The notes under the pieces were generated by a model that saw only the letters and a list, made by a program, of their open reading frames with translations, made no database searches and was not told the DNA's origin. This document shows, piece by piece, positions 18,922 through 28,248 of a stretch of 64,000 bases of DNA. The DNA comes from Deltaproteobacteria bacterium (lineage in GTDB: Bacteria > Myxococcota_A > Polyangia > Fen-1088). Numbering within the stretch: the first letter of the stretch is position 1; every line of letters starts with the position of its first letter. The stretch is taken from assembly GCA_033763315.1 (NCBI GenBank), contig JANRKS010000032.1, forward strand, positions 448,001-512,000. The letters are read 5' to 3'. A program made the translations under genes and the position numbers.

Positions 18922-19725
18922 TTACGAACTGGCCGATGTGTAATTGCGGATCGCACGCAGCCACACCAGGCGCGCGGCCACCGCAAACCCAACGCCACCG
19001 GCCGCGCACACGAGCGTGGTCTGCACGCCTAGCCGCCCGAGCAGCGCCATCGCCGGGTACGTGGTCATAAGCGCAATGGGAAACACGATCGTGAAGATCA
19101 CTTGCAGCACAACGTGGAACACGTTGACCGGCCAACGGGCGGCGTCGAACAAGGAACTCAGCAGGTAACTGAGGTTGTCGACGCGCACGACGAAAAACGA
19201 CGCGCTCACAATCAGGATCCACACGGAGTAAAGCAGCACCAGCGCCACCACCAGCAGCAACAACGCTTTGGCCACCGCGGCGAAACTGGGCGGGTGCCCC
19301 ATCTTTGCGAACGCGTAGATGAAGATGCCGAACGCGCCGGCAATGTCCACCGCCCGCCAGGGTTCAAACCGCGCCGTGGAAACCAACACCTGGGCGTCCG
19401 CGGGCTTAAGCAGCGTGAAATCGAATTTGCCGTCGCGAATGCCTTCGGTCACGGTGGCCATGCTGGGGGTGACGCCGCCCTCAAGCACGCCCTTGAGCAA
19501 CACGAACCAACCCACCACCACGAGCGACTCGGGATAGGTCCAGCCCACCATCATGTGCTTTTGGCTAAACACGACCATGAGCGGGATCAGCGTGACCACC
19601 AACCAAAACACAGACATCACACCCTTGAGCACGAAGTCGAAGCGGTACTGCATCGCGAGCGCGGCGGACGTGCGCGCTTGGATGCGCAAGAGGGCCGCGT
19701 ACCGAGCAAACGCCGACGCCATCAT
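18922..19725 (-). CDS. ABC-2 family (DUF990-type) permease
   Basis: Real start at MMASAF (19725), overlapping the upstream TGA; MQYRFDF, IRDGKFDFTLLKPAD, ARWPVNVF motifs; ~6 TM. Confidence 0.85.
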   Translation of the reverse strand: MMASAFARYAALLRIQARTSAALAMQYRFDFVLKGVMSVFWLVVTLIPLMVVFSQKHMMVGWTYPESLVVVGWFVLLKGVLEGGVTPSMATVTEGIRDGKFDFTLLKPADAQVLVSTARFEPWRAVDIAGAFGIFIYAFAKMGHPPSFAAVAKALLLLVVALVLLYSVWILIVSASFFVVRVDNLSYLLSSLFDAARWPVNVFHVVLQVIFTIVFPIALMTTYPAMALLGRLGVQTTLVCAAGGVGFAVAARLVWLRAIRNYTSASS

Positions 19726-20522
19726 CAGCCTCCAAATGCGACAAAGCGCCGCATGCCTTTGCGCCACATGGTGATCGCCGCCATGGCCATGATGGCCACA
19801 AACATCCACTGCACCCGCAACTGGTGCCATGCGTCTGCAATGGACAGTTTGCCAATCCACGTTTCCACGGGAAAGGCCAAAGTGTAACGAAAGGGCGTGG
19901 CCGCGGAGATCGGCGTCACCCACGAGGGCAACAACTCCAGCGGGAACAGATACCCCGAAAGCAGAAAATGAATGGCCAACCACACGTCGAAAACCGACAG
20001 CGCGCTTTCGATAAACAGCGCCAAAGAGCCGATGGTGAGCATCGTGAAGAACAAGATGCACCACGCGCCCACGAGCGACATCAAGAACAAGGCCGCGCGT
20101 TCCAGGCTGCCAAACAGCAACGATTTGCCTCCCACCCACAAAAGCACGGCAATAACAGGCGAGATCATTAGCACGCGCATCGGCACCGCCGCCACGTGCT
20201 CGGCGCTGTATTGCACCAACGGCGAAATGGGCCTCAACAGGCGCGTCACCAACGTTCCTTGGCGAACGTCCATCGTCATCTCCCACACCAACCAGTTGTT
20301 GGTGACGATGCGGACGATGAGAACGGCCAAATAATATGTGATGAAGTCGCGCTTGCCGAAGCGCCCCACAGGACCATCTGCGGCCACGGCGGTCCACAAG
20401 CCCATCATCACCAGCGGCATGTTGGTGGTGAGGATCCACACGAGAAACTCCGCGCGGTAGGCCACCATCTCGGCCAAGCCCACGCGCAGCAGCGCTGGAT
20501 AGGCACGCAACGTTCGCCGCAC
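19725..20522 (-). CDS. ABC-2 family (DUF990-type) permease
   Basis: AYRAEF, DVRQGTLVTRLLRPISP, SGYLFPLELLP, PFRY motifs; multiple TMs. Confidence 0.88.
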   Translation of the reverse strand: MRRTLRAYPALLRVGLAEMVAYRAEFLVWILTTNMPLVMMGLWTAVAADGPVGRFGKRDFITYYLAVLIVRIVTNNWLVWEMTMDVRQGTLVTRLLRPISPLVQYSAEHVAAVPMRVLMISPVIAVLLWVGGKSLLFGSLERAALFLMSLVGAWCILFFTMLTIGSLALFIESALSVFDVWLAIHFLLSGYLFPLELLPSWVTPISAATPFRYTLAFPVETWIGKLSIADAWHQLRVQWMFVAIMAMAAITMWRKGMRRFVAFGG

Positions 20523-21505
20523 TAAATGGCTCCGGCGTTTGTGTGTTGAAACATCTCGCGCATCACGTCTTCAAGCGGTGGATCCTCAATGGTCAGATCC
20601 GCCACGGGCAAGTGCGCGAAGGCGTGTTTGACGGCATCGTTGACCCGATCCGTGGGCACGGAGATCACGCAGCGGCCATCCTCGTGCGTGATGACAGCAC
20701 CCAACGGCGCGACTGCTTCGCTGCTGACGGACGTCGCCAAGCCGATGGTCAAACGGCGCTCGGGGCGAATGCGTTTGACCAACGCTTTGAGATCGCCGTC
20801 ATAGATCAACGCACCCTTGTCAATGATCACCACGCGCGGACACAAGGCGGCCACGTCTTCCATGTAGTGGCTGGTCAAGATCACCGTGGCACCGAATTCT
20901 TCGTTGTAGCGCTTGATGAACTGACGCATGCGCGACTGCATCGAAACGTCGAGACCGATGGTAGGCTCATCTAAGAACAGAACTTTGGGTTTGTGCAGCA
21001 GCGCCGCGCACAGTTCACACTTCATGCGTTCACCCAACGACAGTTGCCGCGTGGGCTTGCGGATCAAATCCCCGATCTCGAGCAAGTCGATCAACGTCGC
21101 CAAGGTCTGATCCGCCTCGGCTTTGGGCAGATCATAAATGGCGCGGTTCATCGCGTAAGTTTCCGCAGGCGGCAGATCCCACAACAGCTGCTGCTTTTGC
21201 CCCATCACCAGCGTGATGCTCTTTAAGAACTCAACCTGCCGCGCTTGCGGCGTAAAGCCGAACACTTTGGCGTAACCCGAAGACGGGTGCAAAAGGCCGG
21301 AGAGGATCTTGAGCGTCGTGGTTTTGCCAGCGCCGTTGGGGCCAAGAAATCCCACGCGCTCGCCGGCGGCGATCTGGAACGACAGGCCCCGCAACGCTTC
21401 CACCGTTTCATAGTTGCGCTTGAAAACGGATCTGAAAGCCGCAAGCACGCCGGGCGGACGTTTGTGAACTCGGTAGTTTTTCTTGAGTTCCGAAACCTCG
21501 ATCAC
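20522..21505 (-). CDS. ABC transporter ATP-binding protein
   Basis: Walker A GPNGAGKTT, signature LSLGERMK, Walker B LFLDEPTIGLD, H-loop TSHYM. Confidence 0.95.
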   Translation of the reverse strand: MIEVSELKKNYRVHKRPPGVLAAFRSVFKRNYETVEALRGLSFQIAAGERVGFLGPNGAGKTTTLKILSGLLHPSSGYAKVFGFTPQARQVEFLKSITLVMGQKQQLLWDLPPAETYAMNRAIYDLPKAEADQTLATLIDLLEIGDLIRKPTRQLSLGERMKCELCAALLHKPKVLFLDEPTIGLDVSMQSRMRQFIKRYNEEFGATVILTSHYMEDVAALCPRVVIIDKGALIYDGDLKALVKRIRPERRLTIGLATSVSSEAVAPLGAVITHEDGRCVISVPTDRVNDAVKHAFAHLPVADLTIEDPPLEDVMREMFQHTNAGAI

Positions 21506-22461
21506 CGCTTGGCCCCAAGCCCCAACTCAGCCGCCGCTCCCACGGGCCACAGCCACGCCGCCCCCCGCACGCCACTTGAATCGCCGTGCTTGGCCTTAAC
21601 CAGACGTGTGCTCACAACGTCCGAGAACGCGTAGGGCTTCCACAACTCGGGCACGTTCGTGTAAAGCCGTTCAACGTTTGAGACGCCACCGCCCAAGACG
21701 ATGACTTGTGGGTTCAGCACATTGATGATCACGGCCAACCCGCGCGCCAAACGATGTTCATAACGGGCCATGGTGGCAAGCGCTGCGGCGCTGCCTGCCG
21801 CCGCCGCTTGGGCCACCTCGGGGCCTGACAGGCTCTCACCCGTCACGCGCTTGTGATCGGCGGCCAGGCCCGTGCCTGACAAAAACAGTTCGACGCAACC
21901 CGATCGGCCGCACCAGCATTTCGGCAGCGGCCATTCGTCTTCTTGCGGCCAGGGCAGGGGCATGTGGCCCCATTCGCCGCCTATGCCGTCGGGACCGTCT
22001 AAGATTTGGCCATCGACCACCACACCACCGCCGGTGCCGGTGCCGATGATCACGCCAAACACCACATGCGGGCTTTGCCCCGGCTGCCGTGGTGAGGTGG
22101 GGGCGCCGGCGCCGTCGGCGGCTTCCGAAAGGGCGAAGCAGTTGGCGTCATTGGCCACGCGGACGCGGTTGCCCAGCCGGGCCGCCAAATCGCGATCGAG
22201 CGGGTGGCCAATCAACGCTGTGGTGTTCGCGTTCTTCACCAGGCCCGTGGCCGGCGAGATCGTGCCCGGAATGCCCAGCCCCACAGTGCCTTGGGCGCCT
22301 ACCTCCGCCTCCACATCGCCCACGAGCGCTACGACGGCGTCGAGGATGCTTTCGTAAGAGTCTCGCGGTGTGGGCCGGCGTTGCCTGCCAAGTTCACGGC
22401 CTTCGTCGTCGATGGCCAGCGCTTCAATTTTCGTTCCGCCTAAGTCGATTCCAATCCGCAT
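21502..22461 (-). CDS. mak: ROK-family sugar kinase (manno/fructokinase-like)
   Basis: IGIDLGGTKIE, ANDANCFALSEA, IIGTGTGGG, GEWGH, CWCGRSGCVE, HGDSSGVRGAAWLW. Confidence 0.88.
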   Translation of the reverse strand: MRIGIDLGGTKIEALAIDDEGRELGRQRRPTPRDSYESILDAVVALVGDVEAEVGAQGTVGLGIPGTISPATGLVKNANTTALIGHPLDRDLAARLGNRVRVANDANCFALSEAADGAGAPTSPRQPGQSPHVVFGVIIGTGTGGGVVVDGQILDGPDGIGGEWGHMPLPWPQEDEWPLPKCWCGRSGCVELFLSGTGLAADHKRVTGESLSGPEVAQAAAAGSAAALATMARYEHRLARGLAVIINVLNPQVIVLGGGVSNVERLYTNVPELWKPYAFSDVVSTRLVKAKHGDSSGVRGAAWLWPVGAAAELGLGAKR

Positions 22462-22498
22462 TGGGGGCTCGTGGTGAGTGGTGGTACTCTTATGACAG

Positions 22499-23017
22499 AT
22501 GGCTGTCTATGTGTCCGAATACGCGGCTGAGCTTCGCAGCCTGGGTTCGGTGGATTTCGCGGTTCGTTATCCCTCACCGGCGTTCATTGTCAAAGGCGTC
22601 ACCGGCAACTTGAAGGATTCAAGTGGCAAGCAGGGCGGCACAATGATCACGGAAGATATTGCTGACCAGATGCGGCAGGCCAGCCTATTGATCGGCCGCG
22701 TGTTCCTAATTCGTAAAGGCCGCGGCGCGAGCCCAGGGCCCATCACGTTGGGGCGCACGGCGGCCAATGACGTGGCCATTCCCGAATACTCAATTTCGCA
22801 GCGTCACTGTCTGCTGAAAATCGAGCCCGGTGGCGTGAGCCTGACGGACGCCGGATCGACCAACGGCACCTTCGTCAACGGCACGCGGTTGGTGCCACAA
22901 AAGGCTTTGCTTCTGGTGGATGGCATCGAAGTGACCTTGGGCCGGTTCGTCTTTACGTTCTACTCGCCGGCGGGCTTTCGCAAGCGGTTGGCGCAAGATC
23001 CGGCTTACACGGAGTAG
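22499..23017 (+). CDS. FHA-domain protein
   Basis: LGRTAANDV, SISQRHC, DAGSTNGTFVNG motifs. Confidence 0.88.
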   Translation: MAVYVSEYAAELRSLGSVDFAVRYPSPAFIVKGVTGNLKDSSGKQGGTMITEDIADQMRQASLLIGRVFLIRKGRGASPGPITLGRTAANDVAIPEYSISQRHCLLKIEPGGVSLTDAGSTNGTFVNGTRLVPQKALLLVDGIEVTLGRFVFTFYSPAGFRKRLAQDPAYTE

Positions 23018-23023
23018 GTCGCT

Positions 23024-24328
23024 CTAACGGTTTAAACGCGCTTTCACCCGGCGTTGGCCAGGGCGTGCCAAAAGCGGCGTGCTCGGTTGCTTGGGGGGCG
23101 CTGTCAGTGCCAGCCAGCCCTTGGGCAGCAGTGCCACGGTCTTCGCCAGCGCCGTTTCTCCATCCCACACCAGGGGGGACCATTGGTTGTTCCAGGCGCC
23201 TTGCCGCGCAGGTTGGCGTGGCACCGCGCCGAAGGTCATGCCGTTCATCGACAGCGGGTTCTCGTACATATGCGCTTGCCCGGCGAACAGATCCAAGCGC
23301 AGCCACGTGAGCTCTGGGTGAAGCCCCACGTCCACGCGTTCAGGTTCAGGCAGCATCACGAGGCTGAAATCTTCGGGACGTATGAAGCGCTCAGGATTCG
23401 AAACATCTTCGCTGGCGCGGAACCCAGTGATGCCACCGCCCACGTTTTCAAACACGCCTGGCAGGGGGTAACTGCCGCCGCTTTGCAATCCTGACCAGCG
23501 CAGGAAATGGCTTTTGCCCCCCGTGTAAACCACCACATGATCTTCACGCGGATCGCTGCCGCCCACGCGCACCACTTGTTTCGGTTCGTATGAGAATTCG
23601 TGGAAGAAGAACTGATAACCCACGGGGTGCCAGGCGTTGTCGTCCGTGAGACGCGAGGGTCCGCGCAGGATCACGTTGATGTGTTCCCAATCGCCCTCGT
23701 GGTGGTTGATCCATTCGTTGTAAGGGAAATAGAACCAGTACTGGATCGCTAACAAACCCTTTTCGCGGTTGAGCCAAAACAGATGTGCGTGCTGCGTGGG
23801 CGCGTATTGCAGGCCTGCGGGCGTGGTGCGATCCAACGGATCGCCGCTCATGATCGCGCGCCAGCGGCGCCGCCACGACGAGACGCCGCGTTCGGTTCGA
23901 TCATCTCCCGGCGCATCGATCGAATAACGAATGGTGTTGCCGTCGGCATCGGTGGTGGGCATGTCACCCCAGTCGTCGTTCGTGAGCCGATCGTTTGAAA
24001 GCGCCTCGTATTGCCTGACGACCTGTCCCTGTTCATCGATAACGCTTGCCATGAGTGACGAGCCATCGGCCCAGGCGTAGCGCAACGACACAGGCCAGAT
24101 GTCGCGGTGGCCGAACGCCATCGCAGGGTTAAACCGTCGGGCTAAAATGGCACCGGCTGGCCCCGCCTCTTCGGCTGGTGTCAATGGCGCGGGTGACGCC
24201 AGATCCCGCCACGAGGACACGGTGTTGCCTTCGGCCCGAGGGAACGCGGCTTGTGCCGGTAGGCCGCCTCGACCTGTGAGGGCGGCGGCAAATACGGCCA
24301 AAAGTACGGAGACTCCGCGTTCGTGCAT
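23024..24328 (-). CDS. Secreted hypothetical protein with Vps62/NPP1-like motif
   Basis: Signal-peptide-like N-terminus (ATG 24328; ORF open to 24361); LARRFNP and IQYWFYFPYN...HEGDWEH motifs. Confidence 0.65.
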   Translation of the reverse strand: MHERGVSVLLAVFAAALTGRGGLPAQAAFPRAEGNTVSSWRDLASPAPLTPAEEAGPAGAILARRFNPAMAFGHRDIWPVSLRYAWADGSSLMASVIDEQGQVVRQYEALSNDRLTNDDWGDMPTTDADGNTIRYSIDAPGDDRTERGVSSWRRRWRAIMSGDPLDRTTPAGLQYAPTQHAHLFWLNREKGLLAIQYWFYFPYNEWINHHEGDWEHINVILRGPSRLTDDNAWHPVGYQFFFHEFSYEPKQVVRVGGSDPREDHVVVYTGGKSHFLRWSGLQSGGSYPLPGVFENVGGGITGFRASEDVSNPERFIRPEDFSLVMLPEPERVDVGLHPELTWLRLDLFAGQAHMYENPLSMNGMTFGAVPRQPARQGAWNNQWSPLVWDGETALAKTVALLPKGWLALTAPPKQPSTPLLARPGQRRVKARLNR

Positions 24329-24485
24329 GTATCCTTGAACATCGCCGCTTCGTGCGTTCACCTTGAAAGCGAAGCGTGGCCTTCCCCCTTATTCCTCCCC
24401 TGCATTCAAGGATGCGGCGTCGAGATACGATAAGTATTACATGAGCAGACCACACCGCGCCGCTGACAATTTCACGCTTCGGCCG

Positions 24486-25085
24486 ATGAACGCGTGCAGC
24501 GTATTGGCGGTGCTGTGGTTATGTGTCGGTTGCAACAAAGAGCTAAAGCAGCCCGTGCTAACCGCTGCGGCGACGCCCGTGTCAAATTCGCTCAAGGCGC
24601 CCGTGTATGAAGCGCCTGGCAAGAACGACAAGGTGGCGTTGACCGAGCGCAAGTGGGGCACGCGATCCATGGGTACCACATCGTCCCCTTTGACAACGGC
24701 GAACAAAGCTGTGGCGGCGGCGCAGGCGAAAAGTTTGAACGATCATCCCCAAGGTTTGCGCCGCGAAGAGCTGCAAAAGGTTCTTGATGAACAGATGGGC
24801 AACCTCGCCAAATGCTTCGACAACGCGGAGGTGACGAGCGTTGGTATCTACTTCGAGGCCGATCCCTCAGGCACCGCCCGCGGCGTACGCGTCAACGGCG
24901 CGCCCGGTGACTCCGAAGCGTGCGCGAAGAACATCATCAGCGCGCTTAAGTTTCCCGAGTTTCAAGGCAGCGCCGTGCCAATCGACTTTCCGATCCGCAT
25001 CTCGCGCACGGTCAAACCCGTGGCTGGCGGCGCGGGCGATCAGGCCAAGCCGCCTTCAAACGCCAATGCGTTCGTGAATCCTTAA
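24486..25085 (+). CDS. Putative lipoprotein with AgmX/PglI-type TonB-C-like domain
   Basis: Lipobox LCVG-C; GLRREELQKVL...LAKCF...ACAKNIISALKFPEFQG..V.IDFP parallels the GltG C-terminal domain. Confidence 0.65.
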   Translation: MNACSVLAVLWLCVGCNKELKQPVLTAAATPVSNSLKAPVYEAPGKNDKVALTERKWGTRSMGTTSSPLTTANKAVAAAQAKSLNDHPQGLRREELQKVLDEQMGNLAKCFDNAEVTSVGIYFEADPSGTARGVRVNGAPGDSEACAKNIISALKFPEFQGSAVPIDFPIRISRTVKPVAGGAGDQAKPPSNANAFVNP

Positions 25086-25276
25086 AAGCGCATGCCGCGC
25101 TTGGCGCGGAACATGAACCACTTGTAGGTGAGGTAGGACGCGCCACCTGCGGCAGCGGCGCCCAAAATCACGGGCGCTCCCGTGGTTAGAAGCAGCGCGG
25201 ATCCTGCCCAAGCCCCCACGGCCCATAGGCCCTTTTTGCGGGCCACATCCTTGTCCCTCAACATCAAGCTGCCCAT
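25082..25276 (-). CDS. Small membrane protein
   Basis: 64 aa, Gly/Ala-rich hydrophobic hairpin, basic C-terminus; co-oriented with upstream genes. Confidence 0.65.
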   Translation of the reverse strand: MGSLMLRDKDVARKKGLWAVGAWAGSALLLTTGAPVILGAAAAGGASYLTYKWFMFRAKRGMRF

Positions 25277-25319
25277 GCATGCTTGTTAGCACGCGCTGAC
25301 GGCGGCGGCCAACCCGACG

Positions 25320-25739
25320 CTAATACGGTGCGTAAGCTTTGACCTCAGCGATGGCCGAGCCCAGCAAGTCGTTGATCTTACGTTTAAGGGCCGCGCGACG
25401 ATCATTGGTGTGATAAACGGCGCGCGCCAAAGCCACGAAACGGTCGCCAAAATCCTGTGCCCGTTCACAATCGCGAATCTGGTCTTCGATGTCCCAGAGC
25501 ACGGCGTTCACCTCGCGCAACTCTTTGGTTACCGCCGCCAGCGCTTCGCTTTGTGCGATGGCGTGGCTGCGGCGATCTTCGAGCAAACGCAGCTCATAGA
25601 GCACAAGGCTGCGTTTGGCCTCTTCAGCCACGCGTTCGGCTTTTATCTCCAGGATTGTGATCTTGTCGATCAGCTCGCCTGGGCTTACGTCGATGGTTAC
25701 CGTCACGCGTCGTTCCCCGAAAACATCTTCCCGGGACAT
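25320..25739 (-). CDS. DUF6165-family protein
   Basis: VSPGELIDKITILEIK...LWDIEDQIRDCE...FVALARAVYHTNDRRAALKRKIN; true start may be a GTG ~30 nt downstream. Confidence 0.85.
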   Translation of the reverse strand: MSREDVFGERRVTVTIDVSPGELIDKITILEIKAERVAEEAKRSLVLYELRLLEDRRSHAIAQSEALAAVTKELREVNAVLWDIEDQIRDCERAQDFGDRFVALARAVYHTNDRRAALKRKINDLLGSAIAEVKAYAPY

Positions 25740-25775
25740 CGACGGATGCGGCGCGTGGGTTAAGGGCCCACAACT

Positions 25776-28205
25776 TCATTTGCGTGCGGGCAGGACCAAG
25801 TGCGTGGTGGCGCCGGCCCGCAGCGGCCACGACCGCCCCGCCCACACAAATTCACCCGGAACGTTGGGGGGCAGTGCCACGTCGGTTGACCAGCCGTTGG
25901 CGTTCTTGCGAAGGCCAACGCTGATTGTGCCAGCCGGGTGAGGCATGGCCGCGGTCAAGCTTTCGAGCGCACCGGGGTTCGGCGCGACGCGCACCTTTGC
26001 GAACCCGGGCGCGGCCGGGCCGATCCCAGCCGCGATGTTGAGCAGATCGAGCGCTGGATGTGCTGTCCATGCGTGCGAATCGGAACGCGTGGGATCACTG
26101 AATTCAGGGAATGTGGTTAGGCCCAAACCCAACATCTGGCGCCACGGATCAAGCAAGGCCAAGAACGCGTCGCCCTTGCCCACGTGGTTAAGCGCACGGT
26201 GCAGGTAGTAGCGAAAATATATGCTGGCGGGGGCCACCTCACCGGGGGTGGCGCGGCGGCCAGGTGCTTGTTGTCCCAACGCCAAAACTTCTCGCTGCAG
26301 GCGTTCGCGCTTGGTGCCGCTCAAAACGTCTTGGTCCAGCGCCAAGATGTTCACGTCGTGGCTAAAAGTCTTCGCTTCGGGGTTGTCTTTGAGGAGGCCG
26401 CGTTGTGGATCCCACAACCTTTGCAGCGCTTGTGCGGTTCGCGCGGCGGCCGCCCTATACACCCCCGCACGGTGCGCATCGCCGAGCGCGGCTTCAAGTT
26501 GCGCAGCCTCCCGCAACGCCATGAGTAGTTGACCCGCCGCCGCGGCCGAGCCGCCTTCTTCCGTTTGCCGCGCGCCACCCGCGGCAGGATCGATGTGCGC
26601 CCACCAAGGAAGGTACGCAGGCAAACCATCCGGGCGCACACGTGCCAAGAACCAATCGATCACTGTGCGTGTGCCCGGCAGCAACGCACGCACAAACTCG
26701 GCATCGCCTCGGTACATCCAAAAGTCATGCACCATGCCCACCCAAAACAAAGAATATGGTGGAATGTATTGCTGGTCCCGCGTTGGATAGCGGCTCATCG
26801 TCAGTCCATCTGAGGTGCGTGATTGATCGAACGCCAACAGCGCCTGCCGCGCCAAGCGATCCTCATTGGCCAATGCGTAAGACAACAACGCCGTGATGCG
26901 CGTGTCGCCGATGTATTGCAGCTGCTCCCAGTATGGTGAATCCATATACGTTTCCCACGCGGAGATGCGCAGCGTGCGAAATGCCATGGCCCACAGCTCC
27001 TGCAGTTGCGGATCGCTGCTTTCAAAGGTGGCCAGCGGCTTGAGCGGAAACAGCGTGGCGCGTGCCGCAAGATTTGTGATCGCCAGCGGCGCTTCCCGCG
27101 TCTCGATCTGCACTTCCAGGTAGCGCCACGATCGCCACCACAACGGTTGATACGTGTGCGTGCGGCCATCGGAGACGAACTCGTCATACAGGCCGATCAT
27201 GTCTTTGCCTTCGATCTCGTTGCGGTTGCCTTTGCGGCCCTGCTTATCGAACAGTGACTCGGCGTATGTGAGGCGCACCACGGCGTCTTTGCCGCCGGCC
27301 AATGTGATCGAGGGGTATGCGTTGATGATCTCCTTGCGATCCAACAAAACCACCGCGCGGCTGCGTGCGGGAACTTGCAAACTGCCCCCTTCGGGAAAAG
27401 GTGCAGCCACGGTTGCGGGGCCGCTTGAGCGTACGATGGAACCAACGCCCACCATCGTTTCTTCCATCGCGGGCAGAGCGTCAGCGACGAGTTCCCAGCC
27501 CGGTGGCGAAAGCTGATGGGGCGAGCCGTCGCGCATGCCGCGCGGCGTGGCGCGTTCGATCGACGCAGCGGCGGGCCACGCTGTGCCCTCGTTCGTGTCC
27601 CACTGCCAATCCCACACATTGCCATCGCGGCGTTCGGGTGTGCCCGCGGCGTAAAAATAATGATGCGCGCGAATGGGCCCCAAGCCAGCAAGGTTGACGG
27701 TGTGGCCGGGTTCCACTTTGGCTTCCCACGTTTTGTCGGTGTTGCACACCGTGGCCACGTCATCTTGCGCTTGCATGAGGAAGCCGGTGCGGCGGCTGAT
27801 CTGAGCGTAAGGCGCGTCCACGCCGAAGTTCCACACCGTGGCCGCCACCACATTGACGCCCGGCTGCAACGCGGGCGATAAGTCGAACGTTTCATAGCGC
27901 CAATGCTCGATGTCACCGCGCGCGGGACCGCGGCCAATGACCTTGCCGTTGACGTGCAACACGAAGCGGTTGTCGGCGCTGACGTGAACAACAAAGCGCT
28001 CGGGCACCTTTGCCAACGTAAAGCGCTTGCGCGCATGAATGACTACGGGATCACGAACGGCCGCACCCTTGGCGGTGATCCACGAAGCGGTCCAGGTGGA
28101 ACGCAACAGCGGATCGGTGGGCACGTGCGGTGTTGCGTGCGCCTCGCCGGTCGCGGCCACGGCGAGCACAACCAAAACGGTAAAGAGCTTCATCGCCGAC
28201 CACAC
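25776..28205 (-). CDS. Secreted alpha-L-rhamnosidase (GH78-like)
   Basis: Signal peptide; VSADNRFVLHVNG, YMDSPYWEQLQYIGD, GLTTFPE...RSDSHAWTAHP, GIGPAAPGF motifs. Confidence 0.88.
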   Translation of the reverse strand: MWSAMKLFTVLVVLAVAATGEAHATPHVPTDPLLRSTWTASWITAKGAAVRDPVVIHARKRFTLAKVPERFVVHVSADNRFVLHVNGKVIGRGPARGDIEHWRYETFDLSPALQPGVNVVAATVWNFGVDAPYAQISRRTGFLMQAQDDVATVCNTDKTWEAKVEPGHTVNLAGLGPIRAHHYFYAAGTPERRDGNVWDWQWDTNEGTAWPAAASIERATPRGMRDGSPHQLSPPGWELVADALPAMEETMVGVGSIVRSSGPATVAAPFPEGGSLQVPARSRAVVLLDRKEIINAYPSITLAGGKDAVVRLTYAESLFDKQGRKGNRNEIEGKDMIGLYDEFVSDGRTHTYQPLWWRSWRYLEVQIETREAPLAITNLAARATLFPLKPLATFESSDPQLQELWAMAFRTLRISAWETYMDSPYWEQLQYIGDTRITALLSYALANEDRLARQALLAFDQSRTSDGLTMSRYPTRDQQYIPPYSLFWVGMVHDFWMYRGDAEFVRALLPGTRTVIDWFLARVRPDGLPAYLPWWAHIDPAAGGARQTEEGGSAAAAGQLLMALREAAQLEAALGDAHRAGVYRAAAARTAQALQRLWDPQRGLLKDNPEAKTFSHDVNILALDQDVLSGTKRERLQREVLALGQQAPGRRATPGEVAPASIYFRYYLHRALNHVGKGDAFLALLDPWRQMLGLGLTTFPEFSDPTRSDSHAWTAHPALDLLNIAAGIGPAAPGFAKVRVAPNPGALESLTAAMPHPAGTISVGLRKNANGWSTDVALPPNVPGEFVWAGRSWPLRAGATTHLVLPARK

Positions 28206-28248
28206 TAGCGCGCCATGCGCTTGCGAAGGAAGCTGGACGTGGGCCCGT

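Noticed and set aside
19726-20439. N-terminal half of the 505-aa ORF 18922-20439
   Set aside because: Off-frame overlap with the upstream permease; the real protein begins at 19725.
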